From Vermamoeba vermiformis (taxonomy: Eukaryota), in NCBI GenBank assembly GCA_045837725.1, contig JBEWZL010000008.1, positions 1-64,000 on the forward strand: 64,000 nucleotides of DNA. Reading direction: 5' to 3'. A program made the translations under genes and the position numbers. Position 1 is the first letter of the stretch; each line of letters begins with the position of its first letter. Below the pieces are notes generated by a model. The model did no database searches, was not told the origin of the DNA, and saw only the letters and a program-made list of their open reading frames with translations. Positions 36,359 to 50,514 of this stretch are shown here, piece after piece.

Positions 36359-37986
36359 ATGCTTTCTCGTTTGTTGGTGTTGCGTCGTGTTGCAACCCGC
36401 GCATGCAAATCAACGATCCCGAGCTCACGCAGCGTTTTTGGCTATAACAGCGTGCATTCGAATAAAAAACAAAATAATAGACACCCTAAGGTATGTGTTT
36501 CATTATTTTTCGAGCGACAACGCTGTAAATCCGTCAGATCTTTTTATCGTTATGACGTGTACTCTCCAATTAATGTCCAGAAAATTAATGTAGCAGTGAA
36601 AATTGCATTCATTAATTTTTTTATCGTTTTTAGCCAGCAAGCATTGCAGTTGGAGTCCGCTCATTCCACACCTCGCGGATCTGCAGAGATGAAAACAAGG
36701 ATTATTATGAATTATTAGGAGTTTCCAAAACTGCATCAGCAGAAGAAATTAAAGCAGCGTACAGAAAATTGGCATTGAAATACCACCCAGATCGCAATCC
36801 AGATCCCAAAGCCGCTGATATGTTCAAATCCATTTCAACAGCCTACAGTGTATTATCTAACGATGAGAAAAGACAAGCGTATGACCAATTTGGCGCAGAA
36901 GGCGTCGATCAGATGGGAGGCATGGGTGGCATGTCACCCGAAGACCTATTCAATCAGATCTTTTGTACGTGAACGAGCTATTTAATAACAAGCAATTGCC
37001 TTACTAACAATTATTGTTTAGCACAAATGGGCTTTGGAGGAGACATGTTTGGAGGAATGGGCGGTAGGCAGCGAGGACCAATGCGCACGCCGGATTTGGA
37101 GTACCCGGTAGAACTTAGTCTGGATGAATTCTACACGGGCAAGAACATTGAATTTACTCTGCCCAAAGAGAAGTTGTGCGACACTTGCCACGGCTCGGGC
37201 GCCAAGGACCCCAAGGCAGTGAAGACCTGCAAGACGTGCAATGGTAATGGCTTCAGAGTGGTGACTCATCGCATGGGCCCAATGATTCAACAGTCGCAAG
37301 AAGTGTGTCGATCATGTCACGGACAAGGCAAGACTGTTGCACCCTCTGACAGATGTCCGACCTGCAACGGCAACAAGGTCGTCAAAGAGCGCAAGAAGTT
37401 CAATCTGTTCGTAGAGCCAGGACGAGACTTGAACGAGCACATTGTATTGCACGGCGAGGCTCATCAAGCTCCTGGCGCTGTTGCTGGCGATATTGTCGTC
37501 ACACTTCATCAAAAACCACACCCGCGCATTCAACGTTACGGTCATGATCTCATCGTCGAGCACAAGTTATCACTCGCTGAAGCACTGGGTGGATTCCAGT
37601 TCAACATGCCGCATCTCAATAAGCGAGTGCTTAACGTCTCGTCAAATGAGAAAGGCAGCATTGTCAAACCTGGTGATGTTAAGAAGATTCCAAACGAAGG
37701 CATGCCAATTCGACAACAGCCCGGCAAGCGCGGAGATTTGTACATTAAATTTGACGTAGAGTTCCCCGAAGGTCAGTTCTTGGACAAGACGAAGATCCAA
37801 GCCATGAACGAAGCTCTTGGTCAGAAATCTAGTGAAGCTAAGGCGGAAACAAAACAAGATGAAAAAAGTGAAGTTATTCCAGTAACCTTAGTCGATGTTA
37901 ATCCCAATGCTTTCAAGAGTAAACGAGAAAGCAAGCAAAAGAAAAGATCCGCTCAAGGCGAGCCTGTACAATGTGCCCAAATGTAA
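36359..37986 (+). CDS. Type I DnaJ (DNAJA/YDJ1-like) chaperone with N-terminal presequence and C-terminal CaaX
   Basis: DYYELLGV...HPD J-domain, G/M-rich linker, four CxxCxGxG repeats, GEGMP-like NEGMP, ends CAQM. Confidence 0.92.
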
Positions 37987-38148
37987 TAAAGGTTGAAATA
38001 TATAATGTAGTTACGTATCAAAAAAGGGCAAATAGACAGCGGAACTGCAAGAAATCCAGAAATTTCGGCAAGTGATATGGCCTCCTGAAAGGCCATGCTC
38101 AGTACATATCACCTACGTTGTAATTGTACCGTTAGTACAAACTTGAAA

Positions 38149-41100
38149 ATGAATTGGAGGCCGATAGCTGGGTTCGCAGTTGGTAAATACTGAGATAACG
38201 GTGAATAAAATTAGTCTAATATTTTGCAGCGGTATTCGACTTCAATCCGCAAGGCGAATATCAAATCGCACTGAAGCTTGGTGATTTGGTTGAGTTACAC
38301 GAGGAATATGTCGATGGAACCTGGCTCAAAGGAACGGTTCTCTCGGAGAGCCGTAACGAAGGCATTTTTCCAAAGGATTTCGTAAAGATGCGCCCTGATT
38401 ATGACGATTTAATTAGCGAATTAAGCATTGTAATTAAAGAATGGAGTGGATTGATGAAATCCTATTTGAAGGTAAAAATACGAATTTTTATTATGAATTA
38501 ATTTTCAAATCTGAACTTGCAACAGGAGAAAAAACGCTATGAATTTCTTCAGGTGAAGCATAAATTGGAGATGCTTTTGACGTACCATCAGAAATTATTA
38601 TTACCCCCGACGAAATACGCAAAAACAATCGGTGGCATTGATCCTTCAGCGGTACTCCGTAACGAGCTACGCAGTGTAGTGCTCGCTAAAATAGAGGAAG
38701 GACGAAGACAATTGGGACAAGATTTGATCGTTAAAACAGACGACGGTGATATCGCTAATGAGGGCAACACTCCCACCATGCAACTGTACAAAAAGGCAAG
38801 TCTACAATAATACTCGAGATTAGTCGCCGTTATTAACAGCATATATAGCACTCGAATATGCAACACGGCCAGCGACTGCGAAGAAAATCTACCAAAAGCA
38901 GCCACAACGAATTACGAAGTTTGGTACGCGTGTCAAATCTTGCACTGCTCAGTGAACTAACCGACGTCAATAGCGCACTGTATTTTCGAAGAAATCCGGC
39001 GCAGAGAGCAACATTGTCAACGAAGCATCGCCGCTATTGGACGTTGCCGTGATGAAACATTTGTGCCTCGATATGAAGGTCTTGTTGTGCCCGATCAACA
39101 GCGACTCTGAAATGTTGTTCTACTTGTACAACAAAACTACCAACGAGGTGATCACTGAAACGTACAACGTAGATCTCAATGCCTCGGGTGTCAGTGCCAA
39201 CTTGGACAAGCTGTTGGCGGAAATCACGATCTTTAAGGTGCGTAATTACTACCTATTCTTAATGAGCTTACAAATGACTAACATGACACAGGATTTGACG
39301 CCTAAAGAACCATTGCTTGACATTTATTTAGTCTGTGAAATCTATCGTATCGGCAAATTGGTCGCAGATAAAGAAAGTATCATCGTGCAACAGTCAAAGA
39401 AAGACGGCAAGAAAAAGGGCTCGGCAATGTATCGCAGACCTTTTGCAATCGGTGCGTTGCATCTTCAACAAAGCAGTTTAAAGCCTGGTAAAGAAGTTGA
39501 ATACACAATTCCGTTGTTCAGTGTCCGCGAAGAAACACAGTTCCACATGGCTCGCGAATGTAAGTGCTGCGTGAACTTCGCTCAATATTAATTCATTGTG
39601 GGTAGTGGCGATAAAAGATCTTGGTGGCCTCGATCCCATTCCTCGCGCTGACGGTGTGCGCGTTGGTCTGAATTTGGTGGTCGGAGATCTTAAACAAGCC
39701 CTGGGCAAAGTACCTCAATGCATCACCCCGCGCATTAATCGCGTGGCCTATCCCGGCAGTGACTTTGACCAACCTCGCAATGATCTCTACGTGACATTTG
39801 TATCGGGTGATTTTCTTGCCTCGTTGAAGTCTCCGCGCGTCAAACTCTACGTCAGATCCTGGAACCCAAAGACGCAAGAACTGAAGGCTCAGCCAGCAAT
39901 TTGGCGTGGCACAGGCCAAGAAAAACCATCCGAAGAATATCAGTGCTACGTGATTCTACGCTGCGATAAACCAACTTGGAATAACACGGTCAAAATTCAA
40001 ATTCCCGCTGCACAGTACCCGAACTGTCACTTGTTCTTTACAATCAGCGAGGCCAAAGATGGCGAGGAGAGTAAGTTCAGCAATGATATTCGGGTCAGAT
40101 CTGATGTTGTGCCCACAGAAAAGGACAAGGAAGCTACGATGATGGCGTACCTGGGCTTGACCGATGCAGAAGGTGCGATCCTTACCGACAACACACACAC
40201 CTTGACGTGCTTCAAACCTGCAAAGGGTGTCGATTCAAAAAAGGAGCCTTCGTTTTACATTCCATGTAAGAGTTCACTATCCACTAATTAAGTGCATTCT
40301 AACATGAGCATCACAGCCAAAAACAAGGTCGTTGCGAGAAAAGAAACACTCAAAATCAGAACACAACTCATTTCCAATCAGATTTCTCAGAATGGTATGA
40401 CTTGCTTTGCGTTTAAATTCTCTAACACATGCTACAGGTTGGTTGTATAAGCTGATTACTTGGAGCAATATGGACCCTGCTGTGCTTCCCGAAGTGATGA
40501 ACCGCATCACCTTTGTTGACGCTTACGAGATTTCACGGGTAAGTTGCCGATATTTGTTCCCTAAATTCACGAATTAACACCGCACAGTTTATGAAAGAAA
40601 CATTGGACGCCATCTTTGCATTGCTCGACTCAAAGATGACTCACTTGCACGATGCAGTGTAAGTGCACATTTCCATCTCAACGACCAAATACTGATTGTT
40701 TACAGCTTCAACGTTCTCGTGTTTGTGATTGGTATTTTGACGGACGAAAAGAAAACCAAAGTTATACCAGCCTCACGAATCGCTTTGGACAAATATCTTG
40801 AGACCGACTTCGCGGTGATTGGTCAATTCACGCACAAACATTTGATCAAGTGCCTGCAAAGTTACTTTACACTCTACGAATCCAAGCCCGTGTCTGAGCT
40901 GAACTCGGTGCTGAAAGCCTTGGAATACGTGTTAAAGTTTACACTCAAGTCACGAGCGCTGTTCAAATCAAAGAGTCAAATCAAAGACGACGTCGAATTC
41001 AAGAAGCTGATTGTTGATTGGCTCGACAAGCTTTACGTGATGATGGAAAATCCCAAACCAGCGTTCTTAGGCCCGCAGACCATTGCCATTCAAGCCATCA

Positions 41101-43884
41101 GTTCATCGTTCAACACACTTTACGCCGTATTCTCTGCGCAAGAAATGGCCACAATCGCAATGTCATTCCTCGGCAAGATCAAGTACTACGAGGACAAGAA
41201 GCTCTTGAACATTCAAAAACTGTTGTTCCTTCATGCCTTGGCATCCAGCGACTTGTTCAAATTTGTTGATGTGCGCAACATGTTGTTGCCCGGTGTGATC
41301 AAACAACTCCGCCTGCACATCAACAGCCGCATCGTCGAAGAGCGCAACGAAAGTGTCAAAGTGCTGCAGCGCCTGTTGGAGACAGTCGAACTGCAACGGT
41401 GGAATGGACTGGACCACGGCAACGTGGCAGAGTTCATGCAAGTCATTCCTGATCTGCAGCACTTGCTGTTGAACAACAAGTTTGACACCAGCGGCACAGA
41501 CAACGAGGAAAAAGATCTGCACAACGTCCTCATCGTCCTGTTCGCGATCTATCACTTGATGGAGCCTGAGCAGTTTGACGAGTTAATCGGCAAAATGCCG
41601 GTTGGACAACAAGCGACGTACATTACAAACACTTTGAAGTTGTTGGGTGGCATTGTCGCGCAAGAGTTGCCTTCATTCCCCGAGAACTGGTTCTCACTGA
41701 TTATGTTCCAAAATTCAGTCGTGCTGAAAGTGTTCATTCTCTTGGGACACAGCGTGGAACAACGTGTCTCTCGCATTGACGAAGAGCTGGAGATGTGGTC
41801 CAATTACTTCAAGGCCAATCTCTCATTCGTTAACTGCGCCACATTGAACCTCGAATCATTCCCTGAAGCCAAGAGAAAGATGATCTTTTCTCGCTACGCA
41901 GATATGCGACGAGATGCACTCGATGTGTTGGAAGTGATTTGGAACGGACTGGGCGTGCATCAATTCAAATTCGTCGAGCAGATGGTCGTGCCTATCATCG
42001 AACTGATGCTTGTAAGTACTAAACCAAGTGTGTGCCCTCACAGTAACTAATCTGCAATTGTAGTCCGAGCAGAAAGAGATGAAGATGAAAGGCAATTCAC
42101 TGTACTTGTCGCTGATGATGACTGAATTCAGCAACAGCAAGACAAAGAGCGTCGAAACAACTGCTCGCATTACAACAGGCGTGTTGAGTCAGCTGTTTGA
42201 CAAGTTGCTTCAAGCCTGTCCCGAGCCACAAAGTTTCTTTTTGCAAGCTCTCGGGCCTGATCTTCAAGCAGCTATTGCACAAACACCCGCTTTTGGACCA
42301 ATTAGCAGTGCATTCTTGCAGGACATGCAGACAATAATCGTGTTGTTGCGCGACAGCAATAGTTATCCATTCGACGACATTTGGATGGACGAAGTTGTGG
42401 CTGCACATCTGCGCCTGATTGGTTATTTGGCTAAGACCAATCGTTGGAAGACGTGGTCGCATCATTTGCACCAACTGTTCAAGACTCACTTGGCCACAAA
42501 CAACTTGACCGAAGCAGCGAACACGTTGTTGTTGCACGCAGACAAGATCAATTGGAATGACCAAAAGATGCACGACCCCGTGGGCTCGTTCCCGCGTCAG
42601 ACTGGTGCTGACAGAAAAGAGTCGTTGTTGCGCCAGGCCATTGATCTGTTCAATCAAGCCAAGATGTGGGAGTGTGCGCTGCCACACATTACTGAATTGC
42701 TCAACAAATTCGCGAATGATCCGATGAAAGTCAAAGAGCTGCGCGAGCTTGAAACACTGTTCCAGCAGAACATCTCAACTTCATCGCGATTTTTCAACGA
42801 ATATTTCTACGTCGGATACTTTGGCAAAGGATTTCACCCGAGCATCAGAGTAAGCTTATCTATCAGTATTGTGTATTAGTACTTACATTGGCATTAGAAC
42901 AAGGAGTTCGTCTATCGAGGCAACGAGTTTGCGCGCTTGGATGACTTCACCTCGCGCATTCAAGCCAAGTTCCCCGACGCCAAGATATTGACCTACACCA
43001 ATTATCCTCCCGCTGAAGTGATCAACTCTCCTGCAAAACACTTGCAAATATTTGCTGTCAAACCACGTGCTGAAGAGCCCTATGCCACGCCTCCAAGCCC
43101 GCGTGCGATCTTAGATGGGCAGAGCAATCAAGCGCAGTACAAATTCTTCCAAAGCAATCGCGTGAAGAACTTTGTGTACTCGAAGAGTGGCCGCCGAAAC
43201 AAACAGAAAGAAGAACAGCCCGAGGACGAAGTTGCAGACACGTGGATCACCAACACCGTCTACACCACGGCTCAACAATTCCCGCACTTGCAACGCCGCA
43301 TTGAAATTGTGAAAAAGACACTCGAAGAGAGCACGCCCATTCAAGTGGCCATCAATCAAGTCATCATGCGCAGCACGGATGTCGCACAGATTGTGTTGAA
43401 GCACAAGGGCGGCAGCACAGACAATTTGGTCAACTTTACGATGGTGTTGCAGGGCACTATCAATCCGACGGTCAATCAGGGCACCAAACTCTTCAAAAAG
43501 GCATTCTTGTCCGACAAATACGCTGCTGAGAACCCCGACAAAGCGGAACAAATTCAACGATTGCGCGAGACTATCATTGAACAGGTGGAGATCTTGGGCG
43601 AGGCCTTGACAGTGCACGCTGGATTCTGCTCGCCCGAAATGGCCATCATGCAAGAAGAACTCGAGCGCAACATGGCACAACTGCGACAAGAGTGGGGATT
43701 GCCGCCCTTGCCTGGCTCAGAGAACTTGCTCAACACTGCTGGTGACGCGGGCAACGACTCGATTGTTTCACGCGGCAACACGTTGTCCAAATTCAAACTC
43801 TCGTCCAAGGCACTCACGCCTGGTGTCACCAAATCCCCGCTGCCCGTCAGAAAACCGTCAGTTTTCAAGCCTAACCCGAAATAA
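38149..43884 (+). CDS. DOCK-family Rac GEF (SH3, DHR-1/C2, armadillo, DHR-2)
   Basis: N-terminal SH3 (AVFDF...WLKG...GIFPKDFV), YRRPFAIG, PRNDLYVT, TEAANTLLLHA, YFYVGYFGKGF and LQGTINPTVNQG. Confidence 0.92.
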
Positions 43885-43943
43885 GGCCCGACATGTAGTT
43901 GTAGAACTTTTTAAACGATTATTTGACAAGGGTTATTTACAAG

Positions 43944-46730
43944 TTATATTCTGTCCGTGGATTGACGGGCAAAAAATTTTACAGGTACGGGCAATGGTAC
44001 GTCATTCACGGCTCTGAACTTGCCAATGTTGTTCAGCTGTTCGTTTTCTAATCTGAACAGGTTCCACAGACACCTGCGACAGATTTCAATTACAGCCAAC
44101 AACGTCGTGAACAAATCTAATTGAATGAACTTCGATATGGCCTCGGGGAAGATGAGCAGTGTCCAGGTCAAACGCATGACCAAATTAACGGCGAGGGCGA
44201 AATAGTACTGCAAATAAAGTATGAGAATGAAGCCATTGATAGAGAGCTGTGAACTGACTCACCCATGAAGTCGGATACAACAAGGTGTTGCGCAGGCCCT
44301 TGTTGGTCGCTGTTTTGTCGCCAAGGGACCAATCGAATTTGATGTCCCAAATATAGGTGAAGGTCGTATTGCCAGCCACAATGACGATCCAAATCACGAG
44401 GAATGATACGTGATTGGAATAAAGACTGCGCAATATGGCAGCTGTGGCTACAATAATCGCAACGCTGTATTTGCAGCCGTTGGCAATGTGCATCTTGGAG
44501 CGGTCAGTGATGTATCTGCGCACACATTGCATCAGTCGCCACTGCACGGACTTGCAAGTTAGTCGGCTGTCAAGATTAACTAGCAAGTGACTTACGAATG
44601 GCGGTAACAGCGCTAACAAGGGCAACACCCAATGATTGCTGACAGTACACGTCGTGGCTGATCACAAATGTCAGTAAAGCATACTCACTGATGAGACCGT
44701 ACTGACCATTCTCGTGTCTGCCGGCATCGTACACTAAGTAGCACGCAAAGTAACTGATGTCGTTGAAGACCAGTGAGAGGGACATGAGTTGATCGGCCAT
44801 GAAAAAGTGTGCAAATTTCACTTTGGTGAGCGGTGCAATGACGACGTGGAAGAGACAGCGCAACAGCCAAAACTGACTCTTGAACTGAAACACGATGAAT
44901 GTGACGAGAAAGATGATGATCGCAGTGAGGGGGTGCATGAAGGCAGGGATCTTGCGCATCCACTCGAAGCCTGGTGGAGGAGTCGGTGTCATCGTGAAGA
45001 GGAACAACAAGACACTGATGATCAACAGCACGCTGAACAGTGTGGCGGCCTGTGAATGACGATGAGTACTCATGTATATAGAGGACAGGGTAGTGAGGGA
45101 TGTACCTCAAAGATACTCGAGTAGCGGTGATGACGCCGCGGATTGAAGTCGAAGATGAACACGTAATTGACCTTGTACTTGGTCCACAAATAGACATCGA
45201 TGCCCCAGCCCCACAAGAACAAGCAGCACAGTCCCAGAATGCGATAGCCGATCCAGTGCGCGCGATGACTCTTCAATGCGTCGTGATCACTGGAGAGGAC
45301 TACCATACAGCATATGAGTATATATATGGGGTCGTATTGATAGTTTCGCTCTACTTACTGAGATACATGACAGCGAGCAAGAGGATCAAGCCGATGGACA
45401 TGGAGATGACTAACCGTACAGGCGACACTTTGATGTTTTGCGTGACCGATTCGTTGGCAGGGATGTACAGCTCTTTTTTCGCGGCACTTCTGCTGCCTGT
45501 TGTGAATGCCAAAGCATACACGTGCTGAGAACAGTAAGTACAGTGGTTACAGATACTACAGCGGTATACCTCAATCTCTTTTCTTAACAGGTCACACGTC
45601 TTTACTTCGGCATAAAAACTGCACGCCTTTAAATCGAGCATAAATTCGCTCGGTTCACTGTTGCGCGCGATCTGTGAATCGTGCAGGTCAATAAAGTACT
45701 TGAATGCCTGCTGATTGAGTGTAGCAAAGTTGTGTATGAGCCACACGCAGTGATGAAACTCGAGAAATGCCTGTTGCAACTCATTCTTGGCATTAAGCAC
45801 GTCAATCTCATCTTTTGAGCGGATTTGACGGTGAATAGAAATGCTAGTCCTCGAGGTCGGGGTCTGTTCTAGCGCTACTATTTGCAACAACTCTTCTTGC
45901 GTCTCGTCTTCTTGCTCTTTTTGCAACAAAGGTTGTTTGAGCACTTTTCTTTCCTCGCGCGATCCTTGTTCAGGGACAGCAGAGTCCGTTGAGCCACTAA
46001 ACATCAGATCGCCCTTGCGCGAGCTAGAAGGCGATGACTGTTTGCTAGTCATTGAGCTCTCGGGTGAATCGAATCCACTTGGGTTAGCGAGAGTTTGTCG
46101 GATGGTGTCAATCACTTGTCCCAGGTTAGTGTCCTTGCGTAAAGGAAGAAGGACGCAACCATTTCTTACATTGGTTTCCTTCGCTTCTTTGTTATGCACG
46201 AGTAGCTGCACACTCACAGCAAGATTTAAACGGCTGATCTCGCGCTCGAGACTCGTGCTTTGCGTAGACCTGTACGGCTCGTATTCATTGATCAAATTCT
46301 AGCGTAAAAGCATTAATTAACATATTTCCGTGTTAAATTTACTTACCAACTCTATCGCTTGCATTGCTAAAGCATGAAATTGTTCAATGACAGTATCCAT
46401 CCGGGATCGATACCAAGCTTCTACCTTGTTCATATTCTCTCGCATTAATGCCCAAAATTTTATCTCGGAGCCCGTTCTATCCACGTAGATAATCCGTTCA
46501 TTACTTTGATCGGTCAATTGTCCTGACATGTCATTTAGCCACTCGTTAATTACAAAAATGAAGCGTCAATAAGCGAAAATCTTACGTGACATTGAATTGT
46601 AGGCCTGTGCTAATAAAATAATATTGGTTTTTATGTTCGCCAGCTCTTCTTCGAGCCCTGCAAAGTCCAAGTAGTGCGCACGCCATTCCGATATAATTTC
46701 ATCCCCAAATTTTGTTGGGAACTCTTCCAT
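43944..46730 (-). CDS. SPX-EXS protein (XPR1/SYG1/PHO1 family)
   Basis: EWRAHYLDF (SPX); VNYVFIFDF, HFFMADQLMSL, WRLMQCVRRY, YIWDIKFDWSL and EICRRCLWNLFRLENEQLNNIGKFRA (EXS). Confidence 0.9.
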
Positions 46731-46900
46731 CTAGAGCAGTAAATAGTGATAATAAAACTGTCTCACACAACAAAATTAATTAGCCGGAAGAGCTCCGCCA
46801 ATTTTTACGCAAGTGTGAGCGATTCATTGAAAAGATTTGCTTCACAAGCAATGACTAACTAACTCGCCTATGGTGTTATTAATTGACATTAGGGCTGTAT

Positions 46901-49537
46901 TTACATGGACAGTGAATCTTTGCGGAAATCAGTGCGTCCTATGGTAAGTGGTTAGTAGTAGGACAGCAGATCCGACAGCACGACAACACGTACCGATGTG
47001 CACATTGACGAGCACAGGTCTGCCTTGATCAGCGATGTGTTTGGCCTCCTCTAATGCACGCGCAATGTCTTCGTTCTTCGTGACAACTATGCCGTGAGCA
47101 CCGAAACTTTCCACGGTGCGGTGATAGTCGGAATAACTAGCGATTGAGGTTAGTCGCGCGCACTGCCACGAACACAACTGCTTACTTGAGAGTGCACGCA
47201 GTGTCGTCCTTGAAGACATCGACCTGTCCGCGGTACATTTGCATCCAACACGCGTCATTGCCTGTCAGACATGTCAATCAAACACGTCACCTCAGCGCAA
47301 GGCCAGTCACGTACCCACGACGAATATCAGCGGGATCTTGTGGCGCACAAAGGTGTCAAACTCGATCAAACTGTAGCCCAGGGCACCGTCACCCATCAGA
47401 GCCCACACTCGGTGATCGGGCTTGGCAAGAGCTGCTGCTAGTGCGAAACCCGCGCCAACACCCAGCGTGCCGAATGGTCCTGGATCGTGCCAAGTACCTG
47501 GGCCACGTGGCCTGATGATTTGTGCCGCAGTGGCGATGAAATCTCCGCCATCTCCGACTAAAATGGCATTGTCACCGATCGCACGATCAATCTCTTGACA
47601 CAACTGCAAAGGATTGACCAGTCCAGTGTCAAGTGTCATCTTTTGACACGTGTCAGTTAATTAATGCAAACATTCATTACGTACCTTGCTCGCAATCTCT
47701 TGTTCCTTGTTGTCACTTTGACTGCGCAGCTCATCAATCCACGATTGCCAATTCGAGGACATTGAAGTCTAAATAAGAGTGATCAGTACGACACTACTCA
47801 GCTCGCTGCACGTACATCCATCTTTGCTAAGCTGATCAAAAATAGTGCGGGGTCGCCTAACACAGCGTAATCGGGTTCTTTGTTTTTCCTAATTTGGTAT
47901 TAGAACAGTGCTACAAATACTTGCAATATTTGCCTCAAGTCCGTGGGATCTCTGTTCACTGATACGTAAAAAGCCTTGCGATTGATGTCTTGACCGTAGT
48001 TCAGTCTGAAGTCGCACACTACACCGCAGAACAAGACAAAATCAGCAGTTCTCAACGCACTCGAGCGCGCTTGACGCATGTGCAATCTAAATAAGAGTTA
48101 GCAAATGACAGGTGTCAAACAGAGGCCTCGACGCACTTGCTATCTCGACCCAACAGACCACGTGCAATGGACGACAAATAGACCGGCACATTCAATTTGT
48201 TGACTGCTGTCACGAGCTCTCCCAATTTGTTAGGCTAAAAACAGCATTAGACGTCATTGTGTGACACGTGTCACTTGTCAACCCGTACCAACAGCAAAGC
48301 CTGACTGCCAATCACGAGCACTGGCCGGCGAGCAGCTGTTAATTTGGCGTAGACACGATTGAGCTGATGCACACTCGCGATAGGGTACTCGATGTCACCT
48401 GGCACGTGATAGGTCATCTCGTGAGACCCGCGGAACAATTGATCCACGTGGCGGCGTATGAAATATCGCACGAGCATGGCTTGGAATGAACTGCCTTTGG
48501 GCATAGATTTCGCGTAGAACTCGCGACAGTACTTCTCGGGGTACAGCACATCAAGAGGTACTTCAACGAACACAGGGCCTAAACCCAAAAAGGAGTCAGC
48601 AAATGACACGTGTCAAAGTGAGGCTCGTACCGGGCGTGTCAGATCTAGCAATCACAAATGCACGTTCAAGTGCGGGCACAATATCAGCGACACGACGAAT
48701 GTGAGTGGTCCATCTAAGTGTTGAAGGTTAGTGTTTGACACTTTTGACACGCACATGTCACAGCACGCACTTGACGTGAGGGTGCATCAGAGCCATTTGA
48801 TCAATGTCTTGCAATGAACCTCGATTTTTGAGCAGATCTGACGTGGCACCCCCAATGATGACCACTAGCCGTACAAATGTGCGATAATTAGTAACGATTC
48901 ATGAACAGCTCTGCAATCACGTGCCTGGAATCTGTCCCATTTGCGCATTCTTCACCGCAGTGATGGTGTTCGTCAGTCCTGGGCCTGCTGTCACAATTGC
49001 TACACCTGGTACACCACTACAAGTAAGGCAAGTCATTAATGTCCACTCGCTTGTCATTGCAATGTGTTATTCAATCAGTTACTCACGTGATTCGCGCTGT
49101 CGCATCAGCCGCAAATACTGCCGTGGCTTCGTGTCGCACCTGAGCAGCCATTCATGAACTTATATTCCAATGAAGAGTATTAACAATATGGCGCTTACAT
49201 CAACGACGTTAATGCCCACCGCTTTAGAGCCGACAAGTATTGGTGCAATGTGACCTCCCGTCAAAGTAAACACACATCTGAAAAATTAATGAATAAAAAT
49301 CTAAATAAATATTTTGGTTACGTGCTTCACTCCATGATTAAGAAACACTTGGCCAAACAATTTTCCTCCATATTCTACTTGGTTCAAAGAGACAGTCTGG
49401 ATCGCGCCTTTCTCGAGCTGAGTTTTAAATCGCCGCTTCTGCCATAAAGCTAAGGCCCCTACGGACATAAAGAAGGCCAAATAGCCAAATTTAGCAATGC
49501 GTGCTCGATTGAGATTTGTGTTGTCAGGCACTTCCAT
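46901..49537 (-). CDS. ILVBL: TPP-dependent acetolactate-synthase-like protein / 2-hydroxyacyl-CoA lyase 2
   Basis: N-terminal [64 protein letters not shown] and C-terminal [10 protein letters not shown]. Confidence 0.88.
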
Positions 49538-49608
49538 CGCGATTAAATGTCATTTGACTTCAGCCATTTGATACGCAACACAACAGACCCACAACTGCAT
49601 TGAACTTG

Positions 49609-50382
49609 ATGATTAATTTGTTGCAAACTATGAGCACCCTTCCAGCAGATGTGATAGAGCACTCTTTCCCACACATATTTTTAAATGTAAATAAGCACCA
49701 CAATTGGCACGCGGTTCAGTACATCATATCTCATAATTACGACAATATTAATGACAGGTTGCTCATTCATTATACTCAATTTAATAACTCAAAAATTGTT
49801 GCAAAAATCTTGGGAGTTTCCCGGATTGGCTTACATCCGCTGCGAGAAGCCTCCACAATCGCTATTGAACAGAATTATTTAAGGATCCTAGACGTGATAA
49901 TCAACCACGATCCAAAGCTCACTTTTCCTGAGCACAACTTACCTGAATCCCTCAACTTCTTATCTTACGCAGCATGTCGTGCCAGTGACAGTACATTTGC
50001 TTTTATGCTACAACACCCACTATTAGACCCTACAGAATGTGACAATCAACTGCTGCGTATCGTTATCAGAGAACAACAGCTAAACAAGCTTAAAATGCTC
50101 GTGAATGACTCGCGTGTTGATTTAACTGCCCCAATAGTCGATATCAACAGTTTTCTAGGCAAGTTATATTCAGAATACGAGGCCCTCGGCATGGCCCTCG
50201 CTGCCAGGTGGACTGAAGGTGTGTTGGTGCTGTTGGAACAGCCGAGCTGGGTGCCATACGTGCAACAGTTGAAGTTGAAGGAAGTAGAATACAGCGCAGA
50301 ACTGACACAGCGCGTGTTGGATATCAAGAGCGCCTCTGTGTCCGAGACCGACAATACTCTGTCAGACCAAGAACATAAATGA
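49609..50382 (+). CDS. Intronless ankyrin-like helical repeat protein
   Basis: Single 260-codon ORF with degenerate ankyrin-like segments (LDPTECDNQLLRIV, LVNDSRVD). Confidence 0.5.
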   Translation: MINLLQTMSTLPADVIEHSFPHIFLNVNKHHNWHAVQYIISHNYDNINDRLLIHYTQFNNSKIVAKILGVSRIGLHPLREASTIAIEQNYLRILDVIINHDPKLTFPEHNLPESLNFLSYAACRASDSTFAFMLQHPLLDPTECDNQLLRIVIREQQLNKLKMLVNDSRVDLTAPIVDINSFLGKLYSEYEALGMALAARWTEGVLVLLEQPSWVPYVQQLKLKEVEYSAELTQRVLDIKSASVSETDNTLSDQEHK

Positions 50383-50514
50383 TATGAGATACAAGTTTCG
50401 TTTGAAATTTTTATTTGATTTTCGCAAGGACGACTAAGATCGCTCCTATTAAACAGTTTTATACACGAGCACGCAACTACCAACAAAACTCACGTGCAGT
50501 ACGAGTCGCCGTGA

